Assembly: GCF_001194135.2 (NCBI RefSeq)
Contig: NC_068989.1
Location: forward strand, 44,227,373 to 44,291,372
Direction: 5' to 3'
Source of the DNA: Octopus bimaculoides
Lineage: Eukaryota
Length of the DNA stretch: 64,000 nucleotides
Shown here: one piece after another, positions 51,061 to 61,432 of the stretch
Numbering within the stretch: the stretch's first letter is position 1
Layout of the letters: every line of letters begins with the position of its first letter
Notes under the pieces: model-generated
Database searches by the model: none
The model's input: the letters and a program-made list of their open reading frames with translations, nothing else
What the model was told of the DNA's origin: nothing
Made by a program: the position numbers and the translations under genes

Positions 51061-54000
51061 TTGTCCCCCAGTACTGCTTGTCAACCAATGTTGGTGTGTT
51101 TATATCCCCACAACTTAGCAGTTCAGCAAAAGAGACTAACAGACTAAGTACCAGGCTTAAGAAAAATAAGTACTGGGGCTGATTCATTGAATTAAAAATT
51201 CTACAAGGCAGTGCCCCAACATGGCCACAGTCTAATAAATGAAACAAGCAAAAGACAAAAGATACAGGTTCACATCAGAATCTTGCAAACTAAATGTAAA
51301 AAGTGAAATATCTGTATAATCAATTAAGCCAAAAAGCCTTACCTTCACACTTGAAACTCATTTCAGATCTTTCTATATCTTTCCTGTTGTACGAGAGCAG
51401 CCTGTGAATCCACTTTTCCGATGTCCAATCACCGTTCTGTAGTGTTGAGACAATGTGTGTGTGCAGTGTGTAGATTCGTTTCAACTGCATCTCCTGGTAA
51501 TAGTTTGGTTGATTTTCCAGCAAAGCTTCCTGGGTTCTACTGTCAATGGCAGCTGTCAAAAGGAATCGTTATTAATTAGCAAACGAAGTTAATTGTGATT
51601 CGAGAGAAGATGGTGACAATGGAAGTCAAGAGACAGATAATGAAATAAGTAACATATTGTTGTTGTTGTTGGTGGTGGTGGTGGTGGTGGTGATGGAGGT
51701 GATAATCTCTGTTGAACAAATGCATGATGAAAGTCATTCCAACGATGACCATCTAATTTTTTTTCTTTTCTATTTTTGGAAATAGTGTCTATGACTAAAT
51801 GATCCAGTGTCCATCATTTTTCAAGATAGTAGGATGTGATGTAAAGGAAATTTAGCTGCTATTTCTAGCAAATTGAGGAACCACAAAGAGCAGGCATAGG
51901 CATGGTTGGGCTGCATGAGACATGGATCATAATTAGGCAAGCTACACTACCAAAAAATCCAATGTAATTTTTCATTAGGTATGGGCCGCAAATTGGAGTT
52001 TGACCATGACTGACAGGGAAGTTCTCCGAAGAGACAGGTAAGACAGACAACAAAATATTGGCACATTGAAGAACATAGTCAAAAGTGAACTATAGTAGTA
52101 GTAGTAGTGATAATCCAGGTTATTTTGTAGTTGGAAGCTTCTGAGGTACTTTATATTTGAGGAGGTCTGAGCTATATGTATAAGTGACTAAGAGAATCTC
52201 TATACGAGGTTAGATCAATAAGTATCCAGACTGTTGCCACAGTAACAAAGCTAAAGCATGCAGAGTGAAGCTGCTTGGTACAGATTGACTTTGAACTCTG
52301 CTGTACATGCACACTAAGTTTTAACATTGTAGCTCACTTCCATTGTTTAGCATGTGAGCATCACACAGACCATGACAGAGAAAACTGTCACGGCGATACC
52401 TGCTCAGAGGCCTATGCAAAGTTGCAGAAAGTGTATGGAGAAGAGTGTATGAACTGCACACAAGTGTACGAGTGATTCAGATGTTTTCAAGATGGCTGAA
52501 AAAATGTTGATATTGACAAACGTTCTGGGAGACCTGAAACCAGCAGAACTGAGAAAAACATCACAGATGTGCATGCAGTTGTGAGGAGAAATCATCAAAA
52601 CACGATCCATGAGTTATCAGAGGATGTGCAGGTTAGTTACAGCTCAGTTCAGTCCATTACCGTTGAAGATTTGGGCATGAGACACGTGTCTGCCAAGTTT
52701 GCACCAAAACTGCATTCAGCTGACCAAAAAGACGGGTTTCAGTTGCACAAAATCTCCTTGATTGTGTCGAGAACAATGAAAACTTTTTGAAAACTTTGCA
52801 TAGGGCTCTGAGTAGGTATCACTAAGCTTTTGGCAAAATTTGATGTAGATTTTCTGCTCAACTTTCTCTGTCATGGTCAATACGACAATCACATGCTACA
52901 CACGTTCATTCCAAGCATTGCTGTAAACAGTAGAAGTGAGCTAGAATGTTAAAACTTAGTGCACATGCACAGCAGAGCTCAAGGTCAATCTGTGCTAAGC
53001 GACTTCACTCTGTGTGCTTTAGCTTCATTACTATGGCAACAGTCCGGATACTTATTGATCAGACCACATACGTGTCTGTGTTAACACACCACACACTGAA
53101 ATGTTAATCTCTCTCTGTGTCCTGCTTAAACACTGTAATGTGAATCTGTGTGCCTATGCTAACACACTACACATTGCAATGTGAATCTTTATATTCACCT
53201 ATGATAATAAACAACACTGTAATGTGAATCTTTGTTTGCTGATGTTGGTGGTGATAATAGATGATGACAACCATGATGATGATGGCCATGATAATGATGA
53301 TGAATGATAATGGATAACAGAGTATGATGATGGTGGTGATGATGATGATGAGTTTCATGGCAAAAAAAAAAAAATTACCATTGTTAAGGGGTCCAATTTC
53401 TTCAGCCTTTGACATGAGTTGGTCAATAGTCCAGAACGCTGGAATATGTGGGAAAATCCGTCCAGAGTCACTGCCATTGTAGAAACCGAGGTATTTGAGT
53501 AAAGTCTGGAAGTGGCAGTCCTCCAAAGCTGCCTCTTGTCTACCGTTGTATGGAATGAGTGGAACAGGTCGGTTTTGGACTAAAAAAGTACAAAAGGAAG
53601 AAAAGGGAGGAGAAAGAGAAAAGGAAGGAGATAATTATATATTGAAGAAAAAGGTTATAAAACGTTACCAATTAACAGAACACAACTAAGGGATTCCCTT
53701 AAATTCCCAGTAATTCTCCCAAACATAGGTAGGGAGTCTTTAAACTCACCTCAATGCTAAGATAATAATGATGATGATGACACTAATGTAAAAATTATGG
53801 TTTTTAAACCTAATTCTCAGCAGGTTTCAAGTAGTCTCATACAACACCTTGGTCAAGTGTCTTCTAATGTTGACAAATGCCTGGTAAGTGAATTAGGTTG
53901 ATAGAAACTGTAGAAGCCTATAATATGTGAGTGTGTTGGGGATGGGGGTGGAGATGATCGTGAGTTGGTGAGTCGGATTCTTGGACCTGGCAGTGCACTG

Positions 54001-54610
54001 TGTTCTTGAGTAAAACACTTCACTTTGCATTGCTCTGCAAACCTCCTGATGACAGGCAATGTTGATTTGATGGAAAGAGTGAGTTTGTGCGCAGTACAAA
54101 TGCTTGATCTCTATAAACAAATCATCTGTGCAGATTATTCGGCAAGAAATTGCAGAACCATCTTTATCAGATCAAGAGACTCGGTGGCATTTAAAAGCAC
54201 CCATTACACTCTCGGAGAGGTTGACATTAGGAAGGACATCCAGCCATAGAAACCATGCCAAATCAGACTGGTGTCTGGTGCAGCCCCTCAGCTTACCAGC
54301 CCTGGTCAAACCATCCAACCCATGCCAGCATGGACAACGGACATTAAGTGATGATGATGATATATATATACCAAGTATATAAGTGTGTGTGTGTGTGTAT
54401 CTTTGAGTTTATCAACCCCATCACAGCATAGCAACACTGCCACTAGTTGGTTTGTTTACACCCTAATAACTTAGTGGTCCAGCAAAAGAGACTACTAGAA
54501 TAAGTACAAGACTTAAAGTAGGGGAGTTGATTTGTTTAACTAAACCCTTCCAGGCAGTGCCCCAGCATGGCTACAGTCCAATACTGGAACAAGTAAAGGA
54601 ATATATATAA

Positions 54611-54648
<38 letters not shown>

Positions 54649-57600
54649 TTTTACTTCCTTCAGACATTTGGCTGTAGCCAAGCTGGAGCACTGCCTTAAA
54701 GGGTTTTAGTAGCAGTAATTGACCCCAGGACTTGTTCTTTGTAAGCCTAGTACTTATTCTATCAGTCTCTTTTGCCAAACCACTAAGTCACAGGGATGTA
54801 AACACACCAACATCAGATTTCAAGTGATGGCAGGAAGACAAACACAGACACAAAGACACACACACATAAATATATACACCTATAGACGACAGGTATCTTT
54901 CAGTTTCCGTCTACCAAATCCACTCACAAGGCTTTGGTCAGCCCGAGGCTACAGTAAAAGACACTTGCCCAAAGTGCCACACAATGGGACTGAACCCAGA
55001 ACCATGTGGTTGGGAAGCAAGCTTTTTACCACATAGCCAAGCCTGCACCTACAGACAATGACTTTTCATCTAATCTATACAATTCATATTGGTTTATCTC
55101 CACATCTACTTAGTATCTACCTATGCAAAGTATGCATACTTTGGCTACCATTTATATATTTAGTTTTTACCTCAGCTCAATTGTGCTCACCTTATCTAAA
55201 ATTGAAGTTTTACTCCTAAAAATCCTAAAATACGTTGGAATAGTAAACCTTAATGTGCTACTGACATATCTAAAAACCATTTCTGGCCCAAACTATACAT
55301 ACCCTGCTATTCATGAAGTAAATGTTTCCAGTTTCCAACTCCACTGAACATCATATAATCCCTGCAATATTTCTTTATTGTCCCATTCCCTCACAATTCT
55401 AAAGTCTAGATGAAGGGATGTCAATACTACAACAATGTTATAAATGTTTCTAATTTAGGCACAAGGCCAGCAATTTTGAGGGGAGGGTTAATCGATTACA
55501 TCGACTCCAGTACTTGACTGGTACTTTGTTTTATCGAACCTGAAAGGATGAAAGGCAAAGTTAGCCTTGGCAGGGTTTGAACTCAGAACATAAAGAGCCA
55601 GAGGAAATACTGCTCAGTATTTTGTCTGATGTTCCAATGATTCTGCCACTCCTTAACAACATGGTAATAATAAACACAAACAGAAAAACCACAATGTAGG
55701 TTGGTCTAATACAAATAAAAGGGAGAATACAGAAAACATTGAAAAAGAGATAGCAAAGAGCAAGCTTATGTGAAAGGTATAAAATGATAGCTGTTGGCAG
55801 TTACAACAAAATATATGGACACAAGATAGTAGAACACTAACATAGAAGAAAAATATAGCACGTGCTGAAAAGATAGAGACAGGAAGTAAAGATAAGAGAA
55901 GACACAACAGTAAAGAATATCATCATTGTCATCATCATTTAACGTCCGCTTTCCATGCTGGCATGGGTTAGACAGTTTGACTTAGAACTGGTAAGCTGGG
56001 GAGCTGCACCAGGTTCCAATCTCATTTGGCATGCCCTTCCTAACACTAACCATTCCAAGAACTATGATCTCACTTGGCTGGACAGGTCTTCTTAAGCACG
56101 GTATACCACCAAAAGTTTTAGTCACCTGCCTCCATGAGGCTCAATGCTTAAACGGTACCTTTTACGTGCTACCAGCATGGGTACCAGGCATATGGCACTG
56201 GCATCAGCCATGACTATGATTTCACTTGGCTTGCCAGGTCTTCTCAAGCATAGCATATCACTCAACATTCGAAGGATGCTTGTTATATGTCAGTTAAGTG
56301 ACACTGGCATTGGCCACAACAACGATCTCACTTGGCTTGACGGGTTTTCTTAAGCATAGCATATCGTCAAAGGTCTTGGTCACTTGTCATTGCCTCCATG
56401 AGGCCCAACATTCGAAGGTCATGCTTCACCACCACATCCCATGTTTTCCTGGGTCTACTTCTTCCACAGGTTCCCTCCACAATTAGAGATAGGTACTTCC
56501 TCACCCAAATGTCTTCATCCATACGCATCACATGACTATACCAGCACAGTCATTTCTCTTGCACACCACATCTGATGCCTCTTACGACCAACTCTTCTCT
56601 CAAGACAATTACACTCTGTTGTGCATGCATGCTGACATTATACATCCAGCAAAGCATACTAGCTGCATTTCTTACAAACTTACACATATCCTTGGCGGTC
56701 ACAGCCGATGTTTCACTGCCGTGTAGCATGGCTAATTCTAGTTTTCCCCACTGGTATATGATGGAATCTATTTTCTGTACATTTTTAGTGTTAATTGTAC
56801 CTGTGCACCTTCCACACACAAAAACTATTTTCCCTGTTAACCTTCCTCTGATATTGCTGCACCTCTTATGTGTCCATAGCTAACACCGGGTACATCTTAT
56901 GGAGTTTCTACCTACGCCTTTCTACAAATCGAGCATAGGATAAAAGAAGATAGGGTAAAAGAGATATTTTACAAAATGGGAAGCATGCTAGAGGGAAAAA
57001 TTACAGAGGATCAGAAACAGAAGACAATAATAAAGGGTACATTCTAGAGGAAAGAGCAATAAAAGGTGACAGAAGCAGAAGATAAGACAGAGCATTATTA
57101 GAGATACTATTTCACAGATGATGAGAGAAAGGGAAACCACAAAAGACCATACTACTTACGGGAATAATATAAAGGTATTGGCTCCTCCATTTGGTATTTA
57201 TCATTTGATGTTCCAACTATAAAACATAAAGAAACAATATTATATATTATATGACAATATAATATAAATAAGATAATGAAATGTAACACAAACTATACTT
57301 TATGATAAATACAATAAAAATAAATGTAAAAGTGTGTGGCCTAGTGGTTAGGCTGTTGCACTCACAATCGCTGAATCATGGGTTCAATTCCCAGACCAGG
57401 CAGCACATTGTGTTCTTGAGCAGAACACTTCATTTCACATTGCTTTAGTCCCCTTTCGATCAAGGGGATATGTTGGCCTGTTCAACTAGCCAGCGGGGTG
57501 GCATCATTTGATGGCTAAAACAATGCAAAGCGCATTGTGACCAGTGATGTGTAACAACATCTGATAGTCCAGTCGGTCATGTGATCACATGACCACAACA

Positions 57601-58375
57601 TAAAATGAGGAAATATAATGAGTAGCGTATGATAAGATTGCATAGCTTGTACCCATGATATAATAACGTTTATAACATTCCAAAAATGTGTTTCTTTGTT
57701 ATGACGCAAATGATAATAAAAAGCATAGCTGTCACTAACGAATGAGTATGATCTGCTAGCATGTACCATGCTTTCACTAGTTGTTTTAGGTACCTGTCAT
57801 CATGAACAGATACAGATACCTTCTCAGCAAGAACATCTCACACCTCTCAGCAAGAACATCTCACACCTCTCAGCAAGAACATCTCACACCTTAATAACCA
57901 TATTTCAAAAAGTATACTAACCATATTTCACAAAATAAGTCTCCAAGAGAACAGTCTGGAGCCAGAGTAGCTGATAAGACATTTTCTTTTCATGTAGTTT
58001 CTCAATACAAAATGGAACGACACTTTCAATATTTATGTTCTGAATTTGTTTCTCTAACAAATCTCTTTCTTTATCATTAGATTTCTCACAATCAGTGAAA
58101 TCATCCTAAAAGAACAGTTAAGAAATGTTATAAAATTTAAAAAATAAAACGTTTCATATTAAACAAAATCACAATATAAATCTATCACCATAATCATATT
58201 AATGTTCACTTTTCCATGTTTACATTGTCAAAGGAAGCTCATTGAAGCAGATTTTCAGTGGCCAGACATCTTTTCTGGTGCCACCCCTCACTATGTTTTC
58301 AAGAAAACTCCCAGCAAAAGACGACTGATTTGGTGTTCTACTGCCAGATGTAGCCATTTTACTTAATGTAGCTAG

Positions 58376-58406
<31 letters not shown>

Positions 58407-61399
58407 TTAGCATCTATTTTCCATGCTGGCATGGGTTAGACAGTTTGACTGAGGTTAGTAGGCTAGAGAACTGTACCAAGCTCCAGTCTGATTTGGCCTG
58501 GTTTCTATGGCTGGATGCCCTTCCTTATGCCAACCACTCCAAGAGTATAGTAGGAGCCTTTTATGTGTCACCGGCACAGGTGCCTTTTACTTGTCAACAG
58601 TCCTGGCTACAACTATGAATTCACTTGACATGTTTTGCCGAGCACAGCAAATTGCTAAAGGTCTCAATCACTCATCATCGCCTCCACATGACTCAACATC
58701 CGAAGATCATGCTTCACCATATTGTGCCATCATGTCTTCTTGGGTCTACTTCTTCCAGATGTTCTCTCTACAGTTAGAAACCAGCACTTCTTTATGCTTC
58801 ATTTCCCCTTTGCTCTAAAAATCTATGAAAGTTCTGAGACAATCTAAAACAGGGGTTTTCAAACTTTTTGACTTACGGACCCCTTTATATTTCAGGCTTT
58901 ACCTTATAAAGGCTTATGAAATTTATACATAAATATTTGCTTAAAATAACATATATTTTTACATTTATTTATTTAACAGTATTTAACAAATAGGTTTATT
59001 GTCAATTAAAAGATTTTGATTAAAAAACATATATAAAATCAAACTGCCCATAAAAAGTATTTGTTGTCCACGGACCCGTTTTGTCCTTGTGGACCCCCTG
59101 TGGTCCACGGACCACAGTTTGAAAACCCCTGATCTAAAACATGCATCATATGTTAAATTCAAAAACACTAATACAATCTCCTTTTTCTCTTCTTTTACAG
59201 ATGAATTTTTGTTGATGAGCCCCAGTTTAGCTTTCATTGGAAAGTCCTATTATCAAAGGCATTCCAACCATTCCCTCTTTACTTTAGAGTCTAGGAGGCT
59301 CTTAACTTCAATTAAAGAACTGAGTCTGACTGTGATGATTCATCCGATCTATGCTAGCATAGAAAGTGGTCATAAAATGACAATGTTGATAGAGTGCAAT
59401 TTCTAGGCAATCAAACAACCACACAAAAACTCCCTCACTGGTTCTATTAGATGATAATATTAGTTGTGGTGATGATGGCAATATTCATGATGATGATATT
59501 GTTGTTGATGTTGATGTTGTTTAACCCCAGGTCAGCTTATTTGAGTAGATCCATAATCACGAGTTTAAAAAAAAAATTTTTATCATTATTATTATTCAGA
59601 TACACAATATATCTATGACAGTACTCTCCAATGTATACTTCCCTTTTTTAAGGCAATAAGGTTTCATTGCTGTTTCTAGAGAGTCAGTTGACTGCATAGA
59701 GGCAAGCTTTCTTGCATAGATGACAATGACAAGGAAAATAGTGTCTGTGAGGTGAAGGCAAAAATCAGAAAGAATCACATAATCTAAAAATCAAAAAAAG
59801 ATAGAGAGCAGAACTTACATTTAGGTGGATAGCATTAGGACAGGCAGCTCCATGGGTAAGGGGTGAAAAATCAGTGTTGGAGCACATAGAAACGTCTGAT
59901 TTATAGTCATTCATTAAAGAATTATCCAGATCAATGCTAGAAAAATAAACAAATTCAATAATTAGTCACAGAAAACACAAACATGGGAAAATACAGTTCC
60001 ATTATAAATTTCCAATATTGACTTTGTTTTCATATCCTAAAAAGTCTTTCATTCTTTTGCTTGCTTCAGTCATTGGATTATAGCCATTCTAGGCACTGCT
60101 TTGAAGAATCTAAGGGTTTTAAGTGACCAAGTTAAGACCCTGGTACTTATAATTTATGTCTGGTACTTATGCTATCAATCTTTTTTTTGCCAAACAGCTT
60201 GTTTGTATATGCAAACATAAACAAACTAATACCAGCTGTCCAGCACACAAATACACACACACATGAGTACACATACACAAAAGTACATGCACAGGAGAGC
60301 ACACACAACACACACATTCACAAATCATATCCAGACACACAATCACACATGCAGAATTTCAGAATTACTTAATCCATTTGTTTTACATCCATTTTCCCTT
60401 GATAGCATGGGTTAGATGAATACATATTACTGAGGTCAATCTCATTAACTAACACTAATCCTCCAAGTTTCCAACCTTATACCTGCCTATGTTAGAAACA
60501 AAATCAATTAGGCAGAGAAGGGAGCTGCTGGCTTTCATCAGAAGAAGGATTAGCTAAAACTTAAGTACCCTTGCATCACTGAATACTATTAATCTACCTT
60601 TGCATCAACTGAGCTTGAATTAAATACACTCAATTTCCTGACTGCAAAACTTCCATTTTTGCTTCTTCCTCTCCAAATAATATATAAACTATTTGTATTT
60701 TGTACACTAATTTTGAATATTTGTTAAAATTATATTTTCTGGAAAATAGAATTTTCGTACATCTTTTTGCATTTCCAAAGTTAAATCAAAGAATAAAAAA
60801 AGAATATGGACTTACTTTATGTTATTAGCCTCCATACTAAACAGATATTTTGCACATAAACTGGGATCTTCTGCAGCAGTCACCATAAATTTGTGCATTA
60901 CATATTCCATTACATCACTGGCTTCCTGCAAAACAGAGGAAAAGAAAACCACATTATTATTCATAAAAAAAAAATACTAATGCTGTTGCTACTGCTACTG
61001 CTACTACTGCTAAGGCAGCAAGCTGTTAGAGTTGATAGCTTGCCAGACAAAATACTAAATGATATTTCTTCTGGTTTTATGTTCTGGGCTCAAATTCCAC
61101 CCAAGATCAGCTTTGCTTGTCATCATTTTGGGATCTATAACATAGATGTCAGTTGAGCATTGGGGGGCAATGTAATCAACAACTGCAACCCTTGAAATTT
61201 CAGGCCTTGTGCTCTATAGTAGAAAGGACTATTATTATGATTACTACTATGGTTGTGAGCTGGCAGAATCAAAACCTTGGAAAAAAACATGTTTTGCAGT
61301 ATTTCTTCTGGCTCTTTATGCTCTGAGTTCAAATCCTCCTGAAGTCAACTTTGCCTTTTATCCTTTTGGGGTTGATGAAATAAGTACCAGTTAAGTAAC

Positions 61400-61432
<33 letters not shown>

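Noticed and set aside
59596-59783. Minus-strand ORF MILSDFCLHL.. as an additional tim exon
   Set aside because: It would need a ~35-nt intron, phase 0 hits a stop at once, and it has no TIM similarity.
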